DNA from: Kondoa subrosea
Lineage: Eukaryota
DNA: 64,000 bases
NCBI GenBank assembly: GCA_039545335.1
Contig: BCIN01000002.1
Location: forward strand, 1,439,118-1,503,117
Reading direction: 5' to 3'
The translations under genes and the position numbers were made by a program. The stretch's first letter is position 1. Every line of letters starts with the position of its first letter. The notes beneath the pieces are model-generated. The model had not been told where the DNA came from and did no database searches. It saw nothing but the letters and a program-made list of their open reading frames with translations. Below are positions 25,568 to 37,033 of the stretch, piece by piece.

Positions 25568-28500
25568 ATGTCGTATGTCTTATAACATAGTGCAATGACC
25601 GGTTCTGACACGTAATTGATGCAGAGGCAGCTCATCATTCGCGGTTTCCGCGTTAGTCGAGAAGGTGCTTGAATTGCTCGCTTGCATTTCTTCGCAGAGC
25701 TCATGGATCGCTGCGTAGATGCAAAACCTGGACTCAGACTTCAGGTAAGCCTGGATAACAATGTTGCATAACAGGTCGGAGCTCATGCTGCGTCGAATAC
25801 CAGGTTCATGGCTTTGAATGATCTTATGGCTGAATGCGCTCGACCGAACTTCTCTCTGGACACTGCAACAGAGAATCAGATCGTCAACCAAGTTCTGGCT
25901 TTGATGAACGATTCAAACACTGAAGTCAAAAATCAAGCTGTGAAAGCGTGAGCTGTTTATTCGCGAGAAGATTAGACCGAGTGTTGATGATGTATACACT
26001 ATGCAGTATTGGCGCTTTGGTCAAGAAAGTCCAGGAAGAACGCTTGCTTACGATCGTAGATCAGCTCACGACTTACTCTACTGCACCGAAAGACGAACAG
26101 TTGCGCGACATTGCTAATTTGGGTCTACGTACTGTCATTCGAGAGATCTCACCTACTTCTACGTTTGGTACTACGACTTGCAACAAGCTTACGCCGAAAT
26201 TGATCGAACAGCTAAACAATTCGTCTGCCTCGCAAGATGCTTTGCTCAATTCTGTAGAACTATTGAATGACGTCTTCCTGCGATTTGATAACATGTGAGG
26301 TCTACTATCCTCAACGGCATAACTCGCTAATCTTGTGTCAAGTATTGGCACTAAAACTGACTTACAGCAAAACGCAGTCAAAGCTTTGATCCCTCTCTTG
26401 ACTAACTCTCGTCCTGCAATTCGAAAAAGAGCAGTAGATTGCTTAGCTCAATTGATCGCTACTACTCCTGCTGCTTCTTCTGGCCTACTGGATAATTTGC
26501 TTAGCAAAGTCATTCAGCCTGGATTAGACAAGCCTGGAAATATGGACACAGCTTACACTGTCATCTCGCTGATTGGAGCTTTGGCCTTGTAAGCATTTGA
26601 TGACAATATAACGTTGTTATTTAACGCGAAATGCCAGACGAGCACCAACGAAGATCGGACCTCGGTTAGATGAGAAGGGTATGGTAACAAAAATCATTCA
26701 AGCAGGTCAAATCTCCGAATCAGGGGAAGATATGGACCAAGATGAAGAAGAGGAGGATTCTACCAAAACTGCGGCTCAAGCTGAATTGAGAGAAGGTGTT
26801 TTACAAACCTTGGAAAGACTGCTCATCAAATGTCCGAAAGAAATGACTCCGTTTGTTGATGCTACGAAAGGATTGGCTTCGTCATTGATTGCTTGGGATC
26901 CTGTAAGTCTGCATGAATTTCAATTCTTAGATTGTGCGCTAATGCTACGCATGCAGAACTTTGCCGGAGGAGATGATGACGACGATGTGGACATGAATGG
27001 TGAAGAAGAGGAAGAAGATGATTACGCTGACGAGTAAGCTGAATATTCGGCAGAGGGTCACAATCTCTGACATCTTTCTTGCGCGGCGCAGCTACTCGGA
27101 TGATGACGATGTATCTTGGAAAGTCAGAAGAGCAGCGACCAAAGTCCTGTCAGCCGCTATCGAGACTCGACCAGAACTATGCGCTACTTTCTGTCGCACT
27201 GTTGCGCCTTTACTTGTTTCTCGCTTCTCCGAACGAGAAGAAAGTGTTCGTTTAGAAGTCTGGTCGACCTTCAAGAAATTATTGGAAGTCATTGGTGTAC
27301 TTCACGGAACAAGTCCAGTTGCTGGCAATGCAGCTGCTTCTTCAAGTGGCATGCTTTCGCCTACATCTGTTGGCCGCAAACAAAGGGAAGACACACCGAA
27401 TACTCTCAAGAGGAAACGTGGCGCCGAAGAAGGCAACAACATGCAAATCGTAGAAGATTCGCCAAGCAGTATTCTTCGCGGTCAAGTTTCCAGCGTCGCT
27501 AAAGCTATTTCGAAGCAACTCAACAGCAAATCAGTCGCGGTCCGTCAAGCCGGATTTGGCTTGCTGCACACTCTCATTACTGTCCTGCGAGGCGGACTGG
27601 AAGAGCACCTTGCGTCTTTGATGCCTCGAATTGAGACTGCTTTGACTACTAGCAGTAATGCTTCAGGCGACTCTTCTTCTGGAAGCACCACCACTTTGAA
27701 GATTGTGGTCCTCTCTTTTCTCACTGACGCTTTCGGTCTGCATTCGCCTGAATCTTTTGGTGGTACTTTGGAAACTAAAGTCGTGCCATGTTTGATCAAA
27801 TGCTCTACGGACAAGCACAACAAAATTGCTGCCTGTGGTCTGCAAGCTCAATCAGCTTTAGTAAAAGCTATACGTCCAGTGAACAAGACCGACACGCCTC
27901 CAGCTATACCCGCTGAATTCAAGCCTCTCATGCAAGCTATCTATTCTGCTACTGTAGAACGCCTTGGCGCAACCAACATTGATCAAGAGGTTCGCGAAGC
28001 TGCCCTTGGGTGTTTGGGCAATCTACTATACCATGCTGGGGACGAATTGGCTGACGACTACGAAAATTCGCTGGCTCTTCTGAAAGACAGTATGCGACGC
28101 GAAGTAACACGTTTGGCGGCTGTGCGTACTGTTGCAAGAGTTGCCGCTTCGCCAGTCGTTGGTGGTCCTGCTTTCGCTACTTGGGTTCAAGATAGTTTGG
28201 CAGAAGTCGCCCTCTTCTTGAAGCAGAACAATAGAGTACTCAAAATGGAAGCCTTCGCTTGTCTGCCTATTCTGGTCAAGGCATCGGGTAACGAGCTCTC
28301 CTCAGAGACCATCACTTCCCTGCTCGAAGCCGTTTTACCCTTCTTGTCTGCTGCCGATATGCATTTCGTGCCCTTGGCCCTGTCAACTGTGGTTGTACTG
28401 CTAAAGACTCAGTCAAAAACGGTATTAAAGTCTCCAGTCTTCTCGAAGCAAATCTTACCCGCTGTTATGGAACTATTGTCTTCGCCGCTACTGCAAGGTC

Positions 28501-30385
28501 CAGCTTTGGAAGCACTTCTCAGCTTCTTCGGTATCTTGGTCGCAAATGGACAAGATTCGAAAGCTCTCGTCAAGCAATTGACCGACATTCCAACTCTGAC
28601 GAGTGCACGATGCATCGGAGCTGTCGTCAAAGCCGCACCTGATACCGCCAATGAAGTGGCACTGTCCTTTGTCACCAAGGCCAATTCTACCAAAGCTACT
28701 CCTACCTCGACAGCATTCAGCTTGTACGCGTTAGGTGAAGTTGGACGTATACCGTGAGTTTGTGAACAGCCTTCTTCTTACTACCTCAATTAAAGATAGC
28801 TCCTAGTGAATTCACTGAACGCGAGAAGGCTTCAAAATGCGCTACTACACATTTCTCCTCGAATCTGGATGAGAGTCGGTCTGCTGCTGCTTTCGCGCTG
28901 TAAGTCGTGTAGAAGTAGTTTTTCAACCAAGCTAACATTCAGTTCCAGAGGAAATTTGGCTGTCGGTAACCCAGATCAATTGTTGCCTCTTATTGTGAGC
29001 CAAATCGCAGCAGATGCAGCGGACGACAAGAAGCTGTCCCTTTCGCTCCACGCTCTGAAAGAGTTTATCACTCACGCTTCACCTGAATCTCTCAGCGCAA
29101 AAGCTGAATCTCTTTGGACACCTCTCTTCACAATCTGCTCGATCGACGGTCCACCTCCGCCAGAAGCTGGTCTTCCTGCAAGTGCTACCGATGCCGACAA
29201 GAAAGCAAGGGAAAAGCGTGCTGAAGCTCAATGGAAATCTTCAGAGCCCTTGCGCACTAAATGGAACCAGACTGAAAACAGCAGAAACGTCACGGCTGAC
29301 TGCTTGGGTAAAATCACTCTGACTGACCCGAACCGTTTCCTACCTCAACTGCAAGCGAGATTGCAAGATAGCTTGGCCGGCATCCGCGCTGCCGTGATAT
29401 CTGGTGAGAGCAACTCTGTCGGGCATGGTTTGATGCTCAAAGAATTCTTGTCTACTTACAGCTATTCGCTTCACTCTAGCAGATGACTCGCCCTCATTCG
29501 ATGAAGCCCTTGCGCCCTTCTTATTCTCCTTCTTGTCGCTAATGCGTGATCCTGATATCGTAAGGTTCCTGAACGGTACTGAGTTGCCTCTGACTCTGTG
29601 ATACAGAGCGTCCGCCGTTCTGCATTATCGGCCTTCAATTCAGCGGCACATCACAAGCCTCATCTCATCAGAACCCAATTACAAGCATTACTCCCTCTAC
29701 TATACGACGAAACCAATGTCAATTCGGCTCTCATCCGCTTTGTCGAAATGGGTCCGTTCAAGCATAAAGTCGACGATGGTCTAGAAGTCCGAAAGGTATA
29801 GCCTCACATGCTTCGCTCTACTCGTACTAATGCTCGCCCTAGGCTGCATACGAAACATGCTACACTTTGCTCGACACTTCTTTCGCTTACATCGATTCCA
29901 ACGAATTGCTGAACCGTGTTCTAAGCGGTATTACGGACGACAACGAGATCAGAGCAATCTCTTACTTGATGCTCATTCGACTGGCTCAAGTGGCGCCGAC
30001 TGCTGTATCGCAAAGTCAGTCTATGAAGTGTGCTAATGACCTTAAGCTAACAACTGTCTAGGTCTTGACTCTTCCGCAGATGCCTTCACTGCCACTTTCG
30101 ACGAGAAGCTCAAAGACACAGCAGTCAAGCAAGAGCAAGAGAAGCATCAGCAGATGCAAAAATCAGCGCTGCGAGCATTTGTAGCTTTGAGCCGATTGGC
30201 GTCTCCTTGTGAGTACTGAGAATGTGCTCTTGTACTGCGCTAATGTAGTACTTCCAGCTTCGCCCAAATTTATTGCTGCTGTCAAGAAAGTCAAAGCCAA
30301 CAGTACTTTTGCCCAAGACTTCAAAGATCTTCAAGCTGAAAGTTATGGCAACGGAACAGGAGGGAATGGGATGGATCTAGATTAA
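25568..30385 (+). CDS. CAND1: Cullin-associated NEDD8-dissociated protein 1 (CAND1/TIP120), HEAT repeats
   Basis: Spliced [65 protein letters not shown] (TIP120 domain). Confidence 0.95.
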
Positions 30386-30525
30386 GCAGCGCTGACGGAA
30401 GAGACTCGAAAGTTGTACATAATATGCCCAAGCATAAATTCCAAATACATTGCTATCAAGCCAAGTGAGCACTCAATTGATACAAAACTGCAGACTATAC
30501 AATAAATTTACATATGACGAGAAAA

Positions 30526-33500
30526 TCAGACTTCTTCCGCTTGCTTTCGCCGCTTTTCAAAATTGAATTCTTTGACTTCGGTGACAGCTTTCCGTTTCCT
30601 ATTTTGGGCACCACTTGCCTCTCGGGGAATTGCCTTGACCACCCGCTCACGCGCTCTTTGAGATTCTGTAGCTGGTGCTAAAGCCTTTGGCGGATTACGC
30701 GGCAAGGGTGCTTTGGGTCGAGCGGTGTTTGCCGAAGCTGCAACCTGTTCATTGTCCTTCCACGAGAAGAGCTTCTCTTGGAATCCAGTCTGGGGTTCTC
30801 TTCTTGACCGAGCAGTCGAGCCGAAATTGAACGGTTTGGCTTGAGTCGCAACCGCTTTTCTTTGCTTCATTCCAACCTGGTGCAAACATTAGTACGAATG
30901 GACGTCAGAAGCCAGAGCTCAAGACTAACCTTGTAAGGTTCGTTGGTCCCATTTGTTTTGCTACGCAATGGCTGCGACCCAAATTCTTTTGCTCGACCTT
31001 TCCCTTTGTCCAGTCTGGGTTTCGATTGCAGTGCATCTTCGTGTTGTTCAGCTTCAGCTTCCTTGTAAACTTGCTCTGTGATTACTGGAGGAGCAGGTTC
31101 GCGTGTAGTCAATTCTTCCGGAACGATTCGTTCGTTATCAAGCCTGTGAAAAGCGATTAAAGATATGCTTCAAGGACACAAATGATACTCACTCTTCATC
31201 TGCAGGCGCTTCTTCTTCTGGTCCAGCTTCGTGTAAGCTGTTCAAGAACGCGTCCATCTTGTTGAAATGTGGCATTTCTTGACGAAAGCTCTTTTCCTGC
31301 ATCTCCAATGCATCTTCTGTTAGACTCGCTGGTGCACGAGCTGGCGATGGCTTGAGTTGCAAAGTAGCTTTCTGTGGTGGAGCAACTTTTCGTCTTTGCG
31401 CAGTGGAAAGGGGAGCAGACACAACCCGGCGAGCAGCAGAGGTACCAGGTGGTCTGAAAGCAGCCGAGGTTGAGGCCACTCGAGCTTTCTGTAATCATGA
31501 AGACGCTCAGCTCATAATGTTCATGTGTTGCCTTGCCTAGACTGACCTTTGCTGGTGGAGCATCGTCTCTTGCGAGTCTAGGCGCTCTCACTCGATTTGT
31601 AAAATTGAACTCTTTGGGCATCGTCAAGCCAGCTCTTGATCTTGGCCGCGACGGAGAGGCAGGTCTGATAGATCCACTAACACTCAAGGACCGTTTTCGC
31701 TCTTGCGCTTTTACCAGAGGTATCTCTTCTGATAGCTTCGCTCTCGGTCGGACAGCTCTGCTTGGTACTAGTACAGTCGCCGGCAAATGAACTAGAGGAG
31801 GACCAGGAGGTAACGAAAAGCCAGTGATGGATTGTATTGGTCCGCCAGGCGAATCTTCAGCTGCTAAATCTAGACCAAGATGTAGATTGGAGTCTCTGAG
31901 TTTGCGATTGAACATATCGTCCTTTTGAGAATAGACGCCAGTGCTATGGTTGAGATCCGTCATTGAGCGAGACCGAGAGGGATTTGACGTATTAGCCCAG
32001 CCTTGAGACACATTCCCTGTAGGTTGCCAATGACTTGCATTTGCCCCATGTTCCGAATGCTCGTCTTCCTGTGCATCTGCCTGTTGATCAAGGTACTGAT
32101 CTTCTAGCTCTGGATCTGCCGTAACGTATTCAGCTGGTTCTACAGGTTCCGGTAGTACTTCATCTTGATCAGCATCTTCCAGCTCCGTAGCTTGCTGCCT
32201 AGTTGATCGACTACTTCGCTTATCAATGGACGCTTGACGAACAGGTTGTACTATTTCTTCTTCTCCCATCGCGCTTTCTTCTCCTCCAATCGATCCAAAA
32301 CTGATCGATCCATCTTGAACATGCATTTGTAGAATATTCGGCTTCTCTTCTTCCGCTTCATCTTCTTGCAAGGGATCAGAAGCAGTAGAAGCGCTAGCAA
32401 TGGATGCGATCACTGCATTATTTCTTTGGATCTGAGCTGGATCTACATCTTTCAGCGAACGAGCTAAGCTTGTTTGCTGGACAGACGAGTGAGAAGAAGA
32501 GGGAGCTGGAGAAAACATATCTTGAATAGGCGCTCTAGATGTCGCAGACAGTCGAGGTGCTTGTTGTGTACTTCTGCTCAATGGCTTTTCGACCTCTGAT
32601 AGCCGAAGCTGTTCTTCTGGCTGTTGTACCGATGAAGCGCTTTGACGAGGGACAGCTTGACGAGCGGAAAACTTCTCAGCTATAGCAGAAGATAATCTGG
32701 CTATCGATTCCCTTGCTGATAGTTTAGGTAGAGCAGCAGGAAGTACAGAAGGGCGTTTAACCGGTTTCTGAATCATATTTATATTTGAAGTTCTTGGTAC
32801 TGGTCTGGAAATGAGAGTCTCGCCAGATGCAAGAGATTCAGTCTCGACTGCTACAGATTGGATTGATATAGCTGCCAAAGATTTGCGTGAAGTAGACTGT
32901 CGAACAGCGCCTTTGAGCGAGTCCGTGGCTATGATAGAATCTTCACAATTGTAATTCGCCTCGTTACTATTTTGGAAAGTATTTGATTGAGGAGCTTGAG
33001 AAACAGAGTTGCGCAAAGCGGCAGAAGATCTTCTTGCAATTGTTTCTTGATTTTGCTCAAGTATAGTTGGAGGAGAACCAGAAGGTGATCTAGCTTCATG
33101 CAAGGATTGCTGTTCTTCCTGTTCTCGAGGTTGTATATGTTCTTGCATTATTTCTGCTACTTGCTTCGTCTTTTGTGGCGCGACTTCCTCTAAATCTCTT
33201 TCCTGCCTCTGCTCGGACAGATCGTCTTCTGTCTGTGCTTCTTGCATAGCATGTACTGGCGAGGGGCGTTCAACCTCGGCTTGCGGTCTTGAAGAAGAGG
33301 TAAGGGACGTTCGAGCAGAATATACTTGCATAGCTGATGGTCGAGCAAAAGCAGTGACAGGTCTAGAGATCCTTCGTTCTGCTTGGGTGAGAATAGCAGC
33401 ACGTTGGATCCGAAGATCGCTTTTCGCCGCACGGGATGGACTTTCAGCCTGAGTACTTGGATCTTCGTTCGGCTGGATTGATTGTTGAGCTGTTATCGTC

Positions 33501-34695
33501 TGATTTTCGACTTCGAGCGGAAGAATAGGTTGGGCTGTACTAGGCTGTATGGGACGTATGGAGATCCGTCGAGCAGCAGAAGAGAAGAGACTTGGTTGCT
33601 GTGTAGCAGCAGATTGCTGAAGAGTTGATTTATTAAAGCTGGAGGTTCGATCTGCTACGACTTCCTCAGCAAAAGGCAGTGCCTGATCTGGCAACTGTCC
33701 AGATTGATCTATCTCTTCCTCTTCTTCAGGTAAGGATGCATCCAGTACTTGAGAAGCGTCTGAAATTGTAGCCATAGGTGCTGAATCTCTTCTCTGTATT
33801 TGTACTTCTTGTTCCTCTTCAAAGGAAGGTCTTCGGGAAGAAGCGCGAAGGGAAGGGATCAAGGTCATTTCCGGAGACCGTTGAGGTAGACGAGAAGAAG
33901 TCTTGAGGTTGCTAATATCTTCTTGGGAAGTTGATTTAGGTAGATTTGTTTGCGAAGTAGATCTGGATAGGTTGGAAGTGCTGCGAGCGAGTGAAGATCT
34001 TTGCAAAAGTGGAGGCAGAGGCTCATCTGCTGGTCTCGAGATGGAAGATTGTAGACTGGCACCACTTCTAGCTTGGGATATGGAAGATTGTCTAGATCTT
34101 GGTAGTCTAGATTGTTGAGCTAAGGAAGTGGAAGCATTGGGTAAGAAGAGTGTTTGAGATCTGGTCAAAGTAGCCCGCAAGTCTTGGAGCACATCAGGTC
34201 GTTGACCTTCCTTGAAGTTGAAGCTTTGTTTACCAAACTCAAGCTGGACGTGATCTGTATTGGATTGCGATTGACCGCCAAAGAGAGAATGAGTGAGTGG
34301 ATGCTGTCGCGTACTTGAAGAAGCGGTAGGCACGTGAGGCGTCGAAGTGAACCTAGGTGCAAAGTTGGACAGAGATAGTTTCGAGGCGGAAGCTGTTCGA
34401 GACTCTCAGCTTTCGTCTATCCTTACTCTACGATATCGACCTGACCTTTGCGCCGGAACAGACTATCTCCCAAGTCATTCCCTTGATGAACGCCCTGCGT
34501 CTTTGTATCTGTCCTAGCTTGCAGAGTTCGTCCAGGCAATCTCGGAGTCTTTGCGCCGTACAACGGCATGAAGAAAGTCTCGTCTGCTTGCTCCGTAGCT
34601 GGCAATTGTACATCAAACAATAAATCACTCTCCGCCTCGTGCAAGTTGAAGTCGAAAGTGGATGCATCGCCAGCTTGCGAAGGTCGGCCTGCCAT
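30526..34695 (-). CDS. Large disordered Ser/Gln/Arg-rich protein with TPX2-like T-x-x-K-x-FNF repeats; putative microtubule-associated protein
   Basis: Exon 1 from ATG 34695 (MAGRPSQ) splices in frame into the 1045-aa ORF. C-terminal exons carry LTMPKEFNF, ATQAKPFNF and VTEVKEFNF. Confidence 0.7.
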
Positions 34696-34854
34696 TGGTA
34701 TATGTCTTCGAACGAGTGTGGGTGTAGTAACTAGAGTAGCATCCAAGCGAGAGGGAAGTCACGGTCGAGAGTAAAGATTGTGTGAGAAAAAACAATGGAC
34801 CTTGCACGGAGCCGTCATCTCAAGAATGCTGATACAGGCCTCTAGTAATGGCAG

Positions 34855-34956
34855 CGCGCTCTCCTGTATCATTTTTTTGCATATGGCGCGCGCAAAAAGC
34901 CTGTTCCCGCTGCAAATCTGTGTTGCTATCTTCCTCTTTTTCCGCGTTGTGTCGCG
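34855..34956. promoter_or_regulatory. CGCG cluster in the divergent promoter of the TPX2-like and secreted-protein genes
   Basis: CGCG cores at 34855, 34887-34892 (GGCGCGCGCAAAAA), 34943 and 34953. Confidence 0.4.
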
Positions 34957-35151
34957 CCTTAATGCTATTGTCCGTGATCAGACTCGTCTTTTGGTCTGCA
35001 AGACGCCTGCATTAGTGTGAATTATTCTCAAATCCCGATTTTACTGGATGCGGTTGCTTATTTTCTTTTTGTTCTTGTTCAATAATGTCCGTTGCAAATC
35101 AAGACTGCTACCGCATGCTTGCTTGCTTCCTACCATAGCTATTCAATCAAG

Positions 35152-36424
35152 ATGAAGGCCTCCCTTTTGGTGCTTCTAGCTGGGGCACTGTCAGCTGTAT
35201 CTATGACTTTAAAAAGCCGTGCTGGTAAATTAATGAGAGCGTCTGTCTCATCGGAGCTCGTCTGAAGTGCTCGATCAATAGTGGATTGTCCGACTATGTC
35301 TCAAAGAATCGATGGGACCGATGCGACCCAAATCGACTCAAGAAGAACAGAAGCAACCAACTATTGTAGATACTATCTTGGTCTCAATCCAGTCACTGTC
35401 ACTTCAACCGAGACTACTATCCAAGGTACCCGTACTATTAGCGTAGCGTGAGCCTTCTTCTTATCAAAGCATGATTACCGCTTACACTTCCGCTGCAGAA
35501 CGTACACTACCAGTACATTCGTTAAGACCCCAAGTCTCAGTACTCAAACAGTCTGGCAATCTAAAACAACTATTAGAACTATGACTCCATTGCCTAAGAC
35601 GTCTACGCAATACGTGACCTCTACAGCATACGTTAATCCCGAAGGGTCTACTATGGCCATCATGAAGCGAGCGGAACCGACTTTACTTGGTCGAGCTACT
35701 CCACCTAAGCGTAGAATCATTTCTCTAAGCTCGCATGAACCCAATTTCTCATTGTCACTTGCAGCATCATTCTTTGAAGGTCTCAGCGGTCCAGATCAGA
35801 AAGCAGCTTGTCAATGTGTCGTATGTCACTTCTTCGTCCTCTGAATTCCGTACCTGTGTCTAATTTGTTATCATAGAACCCTCCAAGATCGACCATAGTT
35901 CGCAAGATGACAACCGGAATCTACGCAACTACTACAGTCACTCTACCCAGAACGATGCTGCTAACTACCACAGCTCCAACTCCGTTAACTCAAACAACTC
36001 AATTGACAAGTCAGCAACTTTCGCATACACTCTTTGAATACAATGCTAATTAAGGAATGCAATAGCTCGAACCAGATTCATTACAGCTGCTGTCTCTCCA
36101 ATTATTACTCAAATTGTCGTCTTTGAGGATAAACGTCAATGTCCTCCTGGTCAAAATACGGACTACATTTGTCCCGCTGGAACCCAAGTGTAAGTCTGCC
36201 AGAGCTCGGGATGCAAGTTATGTACTGAAGAAATATTACAGGGATGATGAAAGCGATCCCAACTATAATACTTGCGCTGTAAGTACTCCTGATAATTATT
36301 CGGGCAATTGCGTAAGTTCTTTCGTCCATTGTTTATGTATGTTTTGACAATTGGTTCGCAGGTATATTGGCAGGATGATGGAGGCATCGTTGGTTCCCAA
36401 CTCAGTATGCCGATGATTGTGTAA
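35152..36424 (+). CDS. Secreted Thr-rich, Cys-containing protein (cell-wall or effector-like)
   Basis: Signal peptide MKASLLVLLAGALSAVS, EATNYCRYYL, Thr-rich linkers, a KR dibasic site, KAACQCV and a C-terminal Cys cluster; 7 GT-AG introns inferred. Confidence 0.75.
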
Positions 36425-36499
36425 TTGGAGTTTACGATGACTAAAAGGCCTTTTGACCTTGAATAGCTAATGGCTCTGGCGATACGCGCGATGCTTCCT

Positions 36500-36852
36500 A
36501 TGGCGTTTGTTTTTCCTCTATGATCCTCATTGCCAGGCTGATCGTCTTTGACGCTTTGATTTAGAACGCAACAACCGATGATTGTCCAATCGCAGCTGAC
36601 TTTACTTGCTCTGATCCTGATCCACCATCAAGACGTCGTCGTTCTTTTATTCCTTCTCGCAAGAATGCCAATACCGGTGTGAAGAAAAGTGATTTGAACA
36701 AGAAGAAGAAAAGCAAGGGAAAGAAAGCAGCTAGTATGTGTCTTTTCTTTTCGCTTTTCAACTCAATATATACTGATGAGAGAGGTTCAGAGGGCGGGAA
36801 ATATGTTCCTTACGAGGTTTATCAAGCTCGTGTAGCCGCAGCTCAAGAGTAG
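36500..36852 (+). CDS. Small basic orphan protein (~78 aa, 3 exons)
   Basis: ATGGC|GTTTGT..TTAG|..GCTA|GTATGT..TTCAG| splices to MATQQPMIVQSQLTFTCSDPDPPSRRRRSFIPSRKNANTGVKKSDLNKKKKSKGKKAAKGGKYVPYEVYQARVAAAQE*; absent from the ORF track. Confidence 0.6.
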
Positions 36853-37033
36853 ATTTTTCTTCTTCTTGGTTTCTCGTTCGGAATTGTTGTATCAAGATTT
36901 ATTACAGGGAAGATGTCTCGTTTTATGTGTTCGAAATGTATCAGTCTACAGGTTCTCCGTTTTTTCCAAAAGTGATTTTGCTTGCGTTACATAATGAGTG
37001 TTCTTTCTTGCAAAGCGACGACTCGGAGTCGAA

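Noticed and set aside
24103..30385. F-box-like gene directly upstream of CAND1 as an SCF-pathway cluster
   Set aside because: F-box-like genes are very numerous in basidiomycetes, so adjacency alone is not evidence.
36390..36444. Possible 1-nt frameshift in the last exon of the secreted protein (alternative ending TQYADDCVIGVYDD*)
   Set aside because: The in-frame reading ends normally at 36424, and no homology is available to favour the alternative.
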